The notes below the pieces were generated by a model. The model saw nothing but the letters and a program-made list of their open reading frames with translations. It was not told the origin of the DNA and did no database searches. Positions 1-8,716 of a DNA stretch of 64,000 bases are shown piece by piece. How positions within the stretch are numbered: the first letter of the stretch is position 1; the number at the start of each line of letters is the position of its first letter. Source of the stretch: Vicinamibacteria bacterium (GTDB lineage Bacteria > Acidobacteriota > Vicinamibacteria > Marinacidobacterales > Marinacidobacteraceae); the NCBI GenBank assembly GCA_963555995.3, contig OY821641.1, positions 1,760,001 to 1,824,000 of the forward strand, written 5' to 3'. The translations under genes and the position numbers were made by a program.

Positions 1-172
1 GGTACGCCGTCTCGATGTGCCGGATGACGTTGGAGTGCCGCTGCAGCAACCGCCTCAGGTCGTCCGAGGGCGGGAGTCCGCGCGCCGGCTGGACGCCGAG
101 GACCGTGACCGAGATCGCCGCCCCCACGAGGAGCGGCATCAACAGGGGGATGACCCGCGCCCGGAGCCTCAT
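1..172 (-). CDS. 5' part of an exported protein, possibly S41 family C-terminal processing peptidase (runs off window edge)
   Basis: Manual translation from ATG 172: MRLRARVIPLLMPLLVGAAISVTVLGVQPARG...LRRLLQRHSNVIRHIETAY; signal peptide followed by a helix resembling CtpA N-termini; only 57 codons visible. Confidence 0.4.
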   Translation of the reverse strand, partial: MRLRARVIPLLMPLLVGAAISVTVLGVQPARGLPPSDDLRRLLQRHSNVIRHIETAY

Positions 173-181
173 GGCGTGATC

Positions 182-250
182 CTAGCAGCCTGTGGGGAAA
201 CCCACGTGAGCGCCGAGACGGGCGAGGCGCCCCGGCTCAGCCGGGCCGCT
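182..250. mobile_element. Partial (internally deleted) copy of the ~181 bp CAGCCTGTGG MITE
   Basis: CTAGCAGCCTGTGGGGAAACCCACGTGAGCGCCGAGACGGGCGAGGCGCC matches the left end of the 52856-53403 units. Confidence 0.75.
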
Positions 251-297
251 TCGCGGATCAGGCCGGGTGCGCCGTGGGAGCGATTGGCGTTGCGACC

Positions 298-351
298 TGC
301 GCGGCGCGGAGCGCCGCGCGTGCCGGTCTGGAGACCGGCGTTCCAGGCCGG
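298..351. repeat. Solo REP-like palindromic unit
   Basis: GTGCCGGTCTGGAGACCGGCGTTCCAGGCCGG with internal palindrome; near-identical copies at 30925-30977 and, inverted, 59435-59480. Confidence 0.75.
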
Positions 352-360
352 ATGCGCGGC

Positions 361-1143
361 CTAGTCGTCCTTCGGCTTCTTGCCGCGCATCCGGTTCCCC
401 ACCCAGGCGATCCCGATGGAGAGGGTGTAGAGCAGGATCATGGGCCCGGCCAGCAGGATCTGGGTGGCCGGATCGGGTGGGGTCAGGAGGGCGGCGAAAA
501 CGAAGCAGAGCAGGATCGCGTACTTGAAGTAGCGGACGAGGAAACCGGGAGTGATCATCCCGAGCCGCGACAGCAGCAGCGCCAGCGTGGGGATCTGGAA
601 CATCACCGCGGTCACCAGCACCAACCGGGCGTAGAAGCTGAAGGTCTCCGAGACCCGGTAGCGGATCTCGATGTCCTCCCCGACGCCGCCGAAGGTGCTC
701 AGGAACTCGGCGCCGATGGGGAAGAGCACGTAGTGGCAGAACGCCGCCCCCGAAATGAAGAAGACGGAGCCCACGATGACGAACGGGACGGCGAGGTGGC
801 GCTCGTGGCGGTAGAGCCCGGGGGCGATGAACCCCCACGCCTGACCCAGCCAGACCGGCGTGGAGATGACGACCGCCACCAGGAAGCTCATCTTGATCCC
901 GAGCACGAAGTTCTCCTGCGGCGCGGTGGCGATGAGACTCCCGCCGTACGGCTCGATCACGTTCCGGAGCGGCTGCATCAGGAAGTTGAAGACCTCGTCG
1001 TAGAAGAAGAAGCAACCCACGAACGCCACCATGACCGCGATCGCCGCCCGGATGAGACGGCTGCGCAACTCGTCCAGGTGTTCGAGGAAGGTCATCCGGT
1101 CGGCCGGCCCGTTCGGGCCGTCCGTCCGTTCAGCGTCGCTCAC
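361..1143 (-). CDS. tatC: Twin-arginine translocase subunit TatC
   Basis: MTFLEHLDELRSRLI N-terminal motif, WGFIAPGLYRHE, FQIP, ALLTPPDP, multiple TM helices. Confidence 0.96.
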   Translation of the reverse strand: MSDAERTDGPNGPADRMTFLEHLDELRSRLIRAAIAVMVAFVGCFFFYDEVFNFLMQPLRNVIEPYGGSLIATAPQENFVLGIKMSFLVAVVISTPVWLGQAWGFIAPGLYRHERHLAVPFVIVGSVFFISGAAFCHYVLFPIGAEFLSTFGGVGEDIEIRYRVSETFSFYARLVLVTAVMFQIPTLALLLSRLGMITPGFLVRYFKYAILLCFVFAALLTPPDPATQILLAGPMILLYTLSIGIAWVGNRMRGKKPKDD

Positions 1144-1174
1144 GGATCGCCGTGGGGCAGCGGGAACCGCCCCG

Positions 1175-1654
1175 TCACTTGCCGGGATCCCCTCGGGATT
1201 CCGATTCCGCGGACCCGTCGTCGCCCGCCCCGCCGTTCCCGCCCGCGGGTTCCCCGGCGACCGCCGGCTCGGTTCCGGGAGCCGCGGTGGCGTCCGCCGC
1301 TTCGTCCGGGCCCGACGCCGCCGGAGGCGAGTCCGCCGCGGACTCCGTTGCCGGCGGGTCCTCCTTCGCGCGCGGCCCCGCGGCCGACGGACCGGACCCG
1401 CCCGCCGGATCGAGCCCCCGGCCCAGATCCGTCACGTCCTTCTTCAGCTCGGAAACCTCGCTCCGCGCCGCCCGGAACTCCTCCATCTGGACCTCGCGTT
1501 CCAGGGTGCTGCGGAGTTCGGTGCTGGTCCGCCGGAACTCGGCGAGGCTCTTGCCGAGCGTCTTGCCGATCTGGGGCAGCTTGCGGGGGCCGAACACGAT
1601 CAGGGCCACCACCAGGATGATCAGCATCTCCTGCATGCCGAGCGGACCGATCAT
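1175..1654 (-). CDS. tatA: Twin-arginine translocase TatA/TatB family subunit
   Basis: MIGPLGMQEMLIILVVALIVFGPRKLPQIGKTLGKSLAEFRR plus long acidic low-complexity tail; start re-called to ATG 1654 (1693 possible); TatA versus TatB not resolved. Confidence 0.88.
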   Translation of the reverse strand: MIGPLGMQEMLIILVVALIVFGPRKLPQIGKTLGKSLAEFRRTSTELRSTLEREVQMEEFRAARSEVSELKKDVTDLGRGLDPAGGSGPSAAGPRAKEDPPATESAADSPPAASGPDEAADATAAPGTEPAVAGEPAGGNGGAGDDGSAESESRGDPGK

Positions 1655-1771
1655 CAGCGGGAGCAGGGAGAGGGCGGGCAAGAGTCCGCACATTATGGTC
1701 TGCCCGGGCGGCGCCCGCGCCCCCGCCACCGCGCCTGCGGGCTCCTTTCCGAACGCCCGTTAGACTGAATC

Positions 1772-2611
1772 ATGCGCTCGCCGCCGCTTTCCCCGGAGGC
1801 CCGGCGTCGGGCCCCGGGGGCGATTCGGCGCATGTTCGAAGCCGTCGCGCCGCGCTACGACCGGATGAACCGGATCCTCAGCGTCGGACTCGACCAGGGC
1901 TGGAGGCGGGCCGCCCTCCGGGAACTGGACTGTGCTCCGGGTTCCCGGATCCTGGACCTGTGCTGCGGAACCGGGGACCTCGCCCTGCTGCTGCCGCGCA
2001 GCCTCCGTCCCGTGGGGTGCGACCTGACGCCCGCGATGCTGGAGATCGCGGAGGCCAAGGCGGCGCGCCGCCGGCGGGCGTTCCCCGGCGTCGCTGGAGA
2101 CGCGATGCGGCTGCCCTTCGCGAACGGCGTCTTCGATGCCGCGGTGGTCGGTTTCGGAATCCGGAATCTCCCGGACCTGGAGCGGGGGCTCGCCGAGATC
2201 CACCGGGTTCTTTCCCCCGGCGCCCGGCTCGTGATCCTGGAGTTCTCGCGGCCGGAGCGCCGGGTGGTGCGGCTCGGGCACGGGGCCTGGCTCCGGCTCG
2301 CGGTCCCCGGCCTCGCCCGTCTCGCTGCCGGGGGCGGGGAGCCCTACGACTACCTGCGGGATTCGATCCTGAGCTTTCCGGACGCCGGCGCGCTCGCCCG
2401 AACGCTCGGCGCGGCCGGGTTCCACGGCGTCTCCTGGCGGCACCTGGCCCTGGGGACGGTCGCCATCCACTCGGGCCGCCGTGACCTCGGGGTGGCGTCC
2501 CGCGACCCGGCGCCGGGAACCGGACGCGGGAACCGGCCTACCAGGGCACCGGCAGAAACCGGAGCGGCCCGATGCGGGGGATCTCGGTCGGCAGCGCGCT
2601 CAACTGCATGA
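1772..2611 (+). CDS. ubiE: UbiE/MenG quinone biosynthesis C-methyltransferase
   Basis: MFEAVAPRYDRMNRILSVGLDQGWRR, ILDLCCGTGD SAM motif, GDAMRLPF, GFGIRN, LVILEFS; TAGACT lies 5 nt before the ATG (possibly leaderless). Confidence 0.9.
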   Translation: MRSPPLSPEARRRAPGAIRRMFEAVAPRYDRMNRILSVGLDQGWRRAALRELDCAPGSRILDLCCGTGDLALLLPRSLRPVGCDLTPAMLEIAEAKAARRRRAFPGVAGDAMRLPFANGVFDAAVVGFGIRNLPDLERGLAEIHRVLSPGARLVILEFSRPERRVVRLGHGAWLRLAVPGLARLAAGGGEPYDYLRDSILSFPDAGALARTLGAAGFHGVSWRHLALGTVAIHSGRRDLGVASRDPAPGTGRGNRPTRAPAETGAARCGGSRSAARSTA

Positions 2612-3899
2612 GTTCCTCCCAGGCGCGGCGTTCGACGCCGGCCGCGGCCACCCGGAGACCGACCCGGCGCCGGTAGACCTGGGTGAGGTCCCCGGCTCCT
2701 TCTTCCCGAAGCGCGGCGCCGCTCCCGGCGAAGGCCCTCGTGGCCCGGCTCTCGGCGGCCCGGACCCGGACCGCAATGTCCACCGCGCGCACGATGTGAT
2801 CGCGCAGCCGCGCCGCCGACGCCATGTCACCGACAAAGCGGGGCGGAGCGTCGAGCAGGACGTCCCCGTTCTGCCCCGTGACGTAGCGGACCTGCAGGTC
2901 CTCCACGTAGCCGACCGGCTGCGGCGGCCCCTCATCCGTCCGGCGCATCAGGACCCGGCGGGGATCCGCGGCATCCGGGGCGGCCTCCCGTACCCAGTAG
3001 CGGATGCGGCTCACCGGCACCAGCCCGGGCTGTCCGAGCCCGAACAGTCCGGTTCCCTCCCGCGCCCGGACCTGCACCGGCGTTCCCACCGGCACGCCCC
3101 GTTCCCGCGCCCACCGCTCCAGCATCGCGCCCACCACCTGCTCGGTCAGGCGCGTGAGCGCACCACTGCCGATTCCGGGGACGGCCGCCTCGATCGCTCC
3201 CCCGAGCACGCTCTGCAGCGCGCGCTCCAGCAGGCCGCCGCCGCTTCCCGGCTCGAACGTATCGCCGTCCACGCTCGGACGGAAATGCCGGTGCCAGGGA
3301 GCGTCTCGGGGAGCGATCCGCACCACCGCGCCTTCACTCGCCCCGCGGACGGAGACAACCTCACCGAAGGCCCAGCGCGGCGTCATCTCGTCGTCGTTGA
3401 AGACCACCGCGAAGCGCCGCCCCGCGTCCCCCGCCCCGCGGTCGAAGCGGGACCCGGGATGCCCTAGCCTGACCTCGGCGCCGTCAAACGAAACCACCGG
3501 CTCGAACGACGCCTCGGCGAGGCGGTCCGGGGCCGTCAGGAAGTCGAGTCCGTCCGGGTTCCGGTCGCCGGCGCGGCCCAGGTCGTTGAAGACGGGAATC
3601 TCGGCCGGCAGACCGCCGCCCGCGCGCGCCAGGTCCGCCGCGATGCGATCGAGGATCGCGCGTCCGTCCTGTCGGAGTGTCGCGAGTTCCGGCTGCAGGT
3701 CCAGGGTCAGCCGGGCCTGGCGAAACAGCAGGCCGAAGCTCCCGGCCACCATCAGGGTGAGGCCCAGCGCCACCACGGCCTCCGTGATCGTGAAACCCGG
3801 GGCCGCGCCGCGTCCGCGCGGACGCCGGCGGGCGGCCGGCGCCGGGCCGCGCGCCGGCGGCCCGGCAGCGGACCCGAGCCGGAATGGCCGTCCCGTCAT
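2538..3899 (-). CDS. Large minor pilin, PilW-like
   Basis: Class III signal G|FTITEAVVALGLTLMV with E5; IAADLARAG and VEDLQVRY-type segments typical of PilW. Confidence 0.7.
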   Translation of the reverse strand: MTGRPFRLGSAAGPPARGPAPAARRRPRGRGAAPGFTITEAVVALGLTLMVAGSFGLLFRQARLTLDLQPELATLRQDGRAILDRIAADLARAGGGLPAEIPVFNDLGRAGDRNPDGLDFLTAPDRLAEASFEPVVSFDGAEVRLGHPGSRFDRGAGDAGRRFAVVFNDDEMTPRWAFGEVVSVRGASEGAVVRIAPRDAPWHRHFRPSVDGDTFEPGSGGGLLERALQSVLGGAIEAAVPGIGSGALTRLTEQVVGAMLERWARERGVPVGTPVQVRAREGTGLFGLGQPGLVPVSRIRYWVREAAPDAADPRRVLMRRTDEGPPQPVGYVEDLQVRYVTGQNGDVLLDAPPRFVGDMASAARLRDHIVRAVDIAVRVRAAESRATRAFAGSGAALREEGAGDLTQVYRRRVGLRVAAAGVERRAWEELMQLSALPTEIPRIGPLRFLPVPW

Positions 3900-3903
3900 G
3901 AGT

Positions 3904-6900
3904 TCAGCCCTCCGGGCGGGTCCAGAAGGGGGAGCGGCGGAAACCCTCGACGAAGAGGGTCACGTCCTCGAGGGCGCCGTCCCGCACCCGGAACTCGAAG
4001 TCCCCGATGATCGAATCCATCGCCTGACCACCGACCTTGCTGACGCTCAGGGCCAGGTTCCCCGAAGCGGAGAGGCTGATCCCCCGAACGCGTCCCGCGC
4101 CGAACTCGAGCACCGAGGCGTCCCCGGCGACCACTCCGACCGCCTCCGCTCCCGTCAGGCCGTTGAACGCGCGCAACCGGGCGACTCCATCGGTCGTGGT
4201 GGAGGTGTCGCAGGAGAGCGTTTCGGTCCGGGCCGTGTGCGTGGCGAGCACCACCTCGACGCCCGAGCCGTCCGCGAGCACCACGGGTTGTCCCTGCGGG
4301 GCCTCGCCGTCGGACAGCGTCTTCCTCCAGACCTCGTGGAAACGGGTCCCCTCGTCCCGGAGCAGGACGACCGCGGAGGGCGTATCCCGGACCCGGCGGT
4401 CACCCCCGGTCAGGACGAGCAGGTGCGGCTCCGTCCGTCCCGGGAACGGGAACACCACCGGTGGCGTCAGGATCGGATGCTCCCCGCCCAGCCGGTGGGC
4501 AACGCTCCACTGCCAGGCGCCGGGCTGCGCGAGCCCGAGGCGGTGTATCTGGCCGTGCAGATCGCCGAGATACACCCGGGTGACGAGGTCGGCGCCCCCC
4601 GGCGCCGACCATGCCGGCCGCCACGGCGACGCCGAGGTGACGGCGCTGTTCTTCGCGATGCGCGCGCCGGGTGCCCGCGCCAGCCGGTAGCGGCCCTGGA
4701 TCCGGCCGTCCTCGGGGGAGAGGGCGAGGAGCCACTCGCCGGACTCGCCGCCGGGACTCCCCTGCCCCGCCGGCAGGAACATCGTCCAGGCGCTTCCCCC
4801 GGCCGCGGGCGTCTCGACGAGGAGCGGCTCCGGCGTCTCACCGAGTTCCGGCAACGAGACGCCGGGACCGCCGGGACGAGGTCCGACGTTGAACAGCAGT
4901 CGCGGCAAGCCCGGGCCGCCGACCGAGGGGGCTGGGGCGCGATGCCCGCCGGCCCAGCCGTCTCCCACCTCCGACACGTCGAGCGCGGTCACGAACCGTC
5001 CCCCGAAGGAGCGGCCGAAGGCGAGCAGCGTTCGCCAGTCCTGGATCCCCGGCAGAAAGACATCGCGCACCACCGGTGAGCCGGCGAGCGCGAAGCGGTT
5101 CACGAGGCCGCGCCGGAGCCCGGCCGCACCCCGGACGCCAGCGAGCACGAGGTCCCGCAGGAAGACGCGCTCCCCGGTGTTTCCGGCGCCTGGGGCCGGT
5201 CCGAGAATGTCGTCCGGGATGTACGCGAAGACCTCCTTTCCGCTGTCGGCGGCGAAAGCGTGGAGCAACCCGCCGCTGGTCGGGAGATAGACCATCGTCC
5301 TCCGGTTCACGTGCCGGGAGAAGAAACGTTCGTAGCTCTCCCGTTCCCGGAGGATGCGATCCGGACGGTGGGGAGGATGCGTGACCACGGCCGGGGAGGC
5401 CAGCCCCTCGCGGAGCTTCCAGGTGCCCCGGCCCCCCGTGAAGTGGAGGTTCCCGTCGGGCCGGTAGATCGTCCCGGTGTCGGGATGCACCTCGAGCGCC
5501 TCGCCGCGGACCAGGCGCACCACGATGCGGGCCGCGTCCTCGGCGGTGCGGGCTCCGTCGCCGTCCACCTCGGCCAGGTAGCCCGCCCCGACGCCGAGGT
5601 CCTCCGGGGTCACCTCGCCGACCCGAAAAGCCCGGAGCTCGCGGCTCCCCGCCCGGTTGAAGAGGACCAGCCGATCCTCCGGGTCGCGCTCGGCGAGCTG
5701 CGCCCCCGCATCCCAGACGGACGTCGCCAGCAGACTCCCTCCGCCCACGGCGGACGTGGGAAACGCGCGCAGTCCACCGCGCAGCGCATGAAGCTCCGCG
5801 CTCGTCGAGAAGAGGATGTTGTCGGCGTAGGAAGCGCGCCGCCGGATCACCTCCTCCCGACCGTCGGGGTCGCTCGCGGGGGCCACCAGGGCGTCCGCGG
5901 GAAGGGTCGGATCGCTTCCGCGGAACGCCGGGCTCGGGGAACTCGCGACCAGTTCCTTGACGGTGGCCAGCCGCGGCGCCGCGAGCTTTACCGTCCCGGA
6001 GGGGAGGGTGATCTCGTCGAGGACCTGACGGAGGGCCCGCCGGAGGGTCTCGGGCCGGTCGGCGTAGATGGCGGAATGCCGGCCGCCCGAGGCCATCCAC
6101 GCCAGGTGGTTGGTGTAGCCGCGGATCTCTTCGTCCGCCATGGCGACGCCGACCACGTGGATGTCTCCCAGACCGGCGTCCGGGTCACCGCCGTTGAGCG
6201 CCCGATACGCCGCCCTCGCCTTGAGCCCCGCGTTCCAGCCGGCGAAAGCCCGCCCGGACGGCGCTACGCGAACCAGGACATCCGGATTCACCTGGCTCGT
6301 ACTGAGCCACACCCCGCTGGCGACACCGCGCCCCGGGGGCCCGGTGTTGAAGTCGAGCCAGGGGTGGTAGATGCACTCGCAGGTGTCGAGGCCGTCCGTG
6401 ATCAGGACGATCACGTTCTGCTGGCCCGGCTCCAGGTCCTGGGTGGCGTTCGTCGCGATGTGGCTCGCGAGCTGGTAGAGCGCGATCCCGTTCGGGGTGC
6501 GGTTGCTGTTCACTCCTCCCGGAAGTTGCCGGAGCAGGGCCGTGCGTCCCGCTTCCGCATCGCACCCGGAAGGGTCGCTGAGAATCCGGACGCCCCCGCA
6601 ACGCACCCCGGTCACCGGCACTCCGGGCGATCCGCTGGGAAGTCCGGCGCCCATCGTGGGGTCCTGGCAGATCGCCCGCCGGGAACTGCCGTCCTCCGAA
6701 GCCCGGAACTGCTGGAAGGCGGCGAGCCGCCAGTGCACGAGGGGTTCGCCCGACGCCGATTCCAGGTTCCGGACGATGGACCGGACCACGTCCTGGGCGG
6801 CCGCGAACCGGCTTCCGTTCCCCATGCCCCTCAACATGGACGTCGAGGTGTCGAACAGGATCCAGACCCGGGGACGCGTGGTGGTCCGCACGATCCCCAG

Positions 6901-7041
6901 CGGGTCGCGTCGTTCGTCGAGGGACTCCTGGACGCCGCGCGCGCCGGGGCGCGGCAGGACGCCCGCCGGCGCGGCGGCGGCGAGCAGCAGCGCCGGCGCC
7001 AGACACGCACCGGCGGGTAGCCAAGGGTTGCATCGCTTCAT
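3904..7041 (-). CDS. pilY1: PilY1/PilC-type pilus adhesin with N-terminal vWA domain
   Basis: Start re-called at ATG 7041 with AGGAG RBS and signal peptide; MIDAS DTSTS and IVLITDG; C-terminal GLLHAF..DSGKEVFAYIP, GSPVVRDV, YLGDLHGQIHR of the PilY1 beta-propeller. Confidence 0.82.
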   Translation of the reverse strand: MKRCNPWLPAGACLAPALLLAAAAPAGVLPRPGARGVQESLDERRDPLGIVRTTTRPRVWILFDTSTSMLRGMGNGSRFAAAQDVVRSIVRNLESASGEPLVHWRLAAFQQFRASEDGSSRRAICQDPTMGAGLPSGSPGVPVTGVRCGGVRILSDPSGCDAEAGRTALLRQLPGGVNSNRTPNGIALYQLASHIATNATQDLEPGQQNVIVLITDGLDTCECIYHPWLDFNTGPPGRGVASGVWLSTSQVNPDVLVRVAPSGRAFAGWNAGLKARAAYRALNGGDPDAGLGDIHVVGVAMADEEIRGYTNHLAWMASGGRHSAIYADRPETLRRALRQVLDEITLPSGTVKLAAPRLATVKELVASSPSPAFRGSDPTLPADALVAPASDPDGREEVIRRRASYADNILFSTSAELHALRGGLRAFPTSAVGGGSLLATSVWDAGAQLAERDPEDRLVLFNRAGSRELRAFRVGEVTPEDLGVGAGYLAEVDGDGARTAEDAARIVVRLVRGEALEVHPDTGTIYRPDGNLHFTGGRGTWKLREGLASPAVVTHPPHRPDRILRERESYERFFSRHVNRRTMVYLPTSGGLLHAFAADSGKEVFAYIPDDILGPAPGAGNTGERVFLRDLVLAGVRGAAGLRRGLVNRFALAGSPVVRDVFLPGIQDWRTLLAFGRSFGGRFVTALDVSEVGDGWAGGHRAPAPSVGGPGLPRLLFNVGPRPGGPGVSLPELGETPEPLLVETPAAGGSAWTMFLPAGQGSPGGESGEWLLALSPEDGRIQGRYRLARAPGARIAKNSAVTSASPWRPAWSAPGGADLVTRVYLGDLHGQIHRLGLAQPGAWQWSVAHRLGGEHPILTPPVVFPFPGRTEPHLLVLTGGDRRVRDTPSAVVLLRDEGTRFHEVWRKTLSDGEAPQGQPVVLADGSGVEVVLATHTARTETLSCDTSTTTDGVARLRAFNGLTGAEAVGVVAGDASVLEFGAGRVRGISLSASGNLALSVSKVGGQAMDSIIGDFEFRVRDGALEDVTLFVEGFRRSPFWTRPEG

Positions 7042-7076
7042 GGACCTTCTCCTCTCGGGAATCGCTTCCGTACCGC

Positions 7077-7874
7077 TCACCGCGAACCCCCGCGCGCAGC
7101 GGCCGGGAGGCGCCGTCTCACCCAGTTCCTCAGGCCGTCGCTGTAGCCGGGGGTTCCCGGTTCTTGGTGCGACGGACGCGGGGCGAGCCGCAGGGTCAGT
7201 TCGAGCCGGCTGACCGCGTGCGGGTCTTCCGGCCCGCGGGGCGGCGGATGGCGCGCTTCGGCGGTGAGCACCGCCCGGTCGTGCGGAGCCCCGGCGTCCC
7301 GGTCGCCCACCACCGGCCGGCGAATCCAGACGGTGACCCCCGCGACGTCGGGCGTCCCGTCGCCATCGAGGTCCGGCGCCCACCCGGCGCCCGGAGCCCG
7401 CGGGTCGAACAGCAGCGCGCGACCGTCGAGGGCTCGCAACACCCGGCCCACGTAGACGCGGGCGTTCCCGCCCGCCATCGGCTCGTCCCGGAACACCTCG
7501 TAGTCCCGGCAACCCGGCGTGTCCGGATTGCCGCAGGCGGCGCCGTCGGGCGGACGCGCGCTGCCCCACGGGTCTCCCGCGCCGGCCCGGATCGAGGGAC
7601 GGACCGGCGGGAGAGCCCTTTCGAGACTGTCGTGCTCCTCCACGTAACGGGCGAGGAGAGCCTTCGACACCTCGAGCCCCGCCTCCGCCTGGGCCGCCGC
7701 CCGCGCCGTCCACGCCTGGTTCCGCGCCACCGCGCCGTCGGATCCCACCGACATCAGCACCACCGCCCCGATCCCGGCGAGGGCCAGCACCAGCAGGAGC
7801 GCCAGGACGAGCGCCATCCCCCGCTCCCGCGGGCTCGTTCGGGACCCCGCCGGGAAGGCCGCTCCCCTATTCAC
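7077..7874 (-). CDS. PilX-like minor pilin
   Basis: ERG|MALVLALLLVLALAGIG (no E5, typical of PilX/GspK), ARNQ...AEAGLE; DLDGDGTPD Ca-binding-like motif; start re-called at GTG 7874 overlapping the upstream gene. Confidence 0.75.
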   Translation of the reverse strand: MNRGAAFPAGSRTSPRERGMALVLALLLVLALAGIGAVVLMSVGSDGAVARNQAWTARAAAQAEAGLEVSKALLARYVEEHDSLERALPPVRPSIRAGAGDPWGSARPPDGAACGNPDTPGCRDYEVFRDEPMAGGNARVYVGRVLRALDGRALLFDPRAPGAGWAPDLDGDGTPDVAGVTVWIRRPVVGDRDAGAPHDRAVLTAEARHPPPRGPEDPHAVSRLELTLRLAPRPSHQEPGTPGYSDGLRNWVRRRLPAAARGGSR

Positions 7875-8373
7875 GGTTCGCCACCCGCACCGAGTCCAGC
7901 CGCACCACGGAACCGCGTCCGCCGGAGACCGGCATGGCCACCACCTCGAAACGAAGACCGGCGAGCCGGTCTCCCCCTCGCGCCGCGAGTTCCCGGATCC
8001 GCCAGCGCACCTCGTAGCGCGCGGCGCGGCGGTCGGCCGGCTCCCCGTCCGCGCCGAAGAACGCGAAGTATCCGGGCGCGCCGGCGCCCTCGATTTCGAC
8101 GCTGCCCCCGGGAGCGACCGCCGCGTGATATCCGGGCCAGGGCCATCCCCGCCAGAAAGGGGCGGCCAGCAGTTCCTGCATCCGGGCTTCGGCGATCCGG
8201 GTCGCGAGCCCGGTGTCGGCGGCGGCCCGGCGGGCCTCGGACGCCTGGGCCAGCGCCCGCACGAGCCCACCGGCGGCGGCCACCAGCACCAGGACGGCGA
8301 AGAGGGTTTCGACGAGCGAGAAGCCTCCCTCTCCCCGCTCGCGCGCGCGTCGGTGTGCGGTCCTGCGATCCAT
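7867..8373 (-). CDS. PilV-like minor pilin
   Basis: EGG|FSLVETLFAVLVLVAA prepilin motif; ATRIAEARMQEL. Confidence 0.78.
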   Translation of the reverse strand: MDRRTAHRRARERGEGGFSLVETLFAVLVLVAAAGGLVRALAQASEARRAAADTGLATRIAEARMQELLAAPFWRGWPWPGYHAAVAPGGSVEIEGAGAPGYFAFFGADGEPADRRAARYEVRWRIRELAARGGDRLAGLRFEVVAMPVSGGRGSVVRLDSVRVANRE

Positions 8374-8394
8374 GTCCCTGCCCTACAGGAACAC

Positions 8395-8453
8395 AGACGT
8401 AAATCTCCGAAATTTTTCCCGTTTTGGAGCCAATTGTGGAAAAGTCGAAGCGA
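8395..8453 (-). promoter_or_regulatory. Conserved ~60 bp element upstream of the minor-pilin operon (putative ECF-type promoter/operator)
   Basis: AGACGTAAA..CCGAAA..TTCCCGTTT..GCC..TGTGGAAAAGTCGAAGCGA, shared with 40053-40112 upstream of pilM. Confidence 0.65.
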
Positions 8454-8487
8454 TCGTGCACCTTGCCGGGCCTGAAAACGGCGAAAA

Positions 8488-8656
8488 CGGCTTGGAGCGC
8501 CGGCTTCAGCCGGCACAGCCCGCCACAGGCGGGCGGCGGGACGGACCTCGTTCGCCGGGATGGCGCGGCTGCGCGCGCCAATGCATCCGGGGCAGCAACG
8601 AAGCGCCCGCGGCCTGACAGGCCGCTGTGCCGGCCGAAGTCGGCGTTCCAGGCCGG
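8488..8656. repeat. REPIN-like element (inverted REP pair)
   Basis: CGGCTTGGAGCGCCGGCTTCAGCCGGCAC ... GTGCCGGCCGAAGTCGGCGTTCCAGGCCG. Confidence 0.75.
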
Positions 8657-8716
8657 CGCGTCACGCGCATCGCAGCCCCATCCCCCTTCAGGGTGTGGGG
8701 GCGCCGCGCCCCCCGG

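Noticed and set aside
1772-2611. Methyltransferase as a RiPP tailoring enzyme
   Set aside because: Clear UbiE/MenG motifs and housekeeping context far from the island
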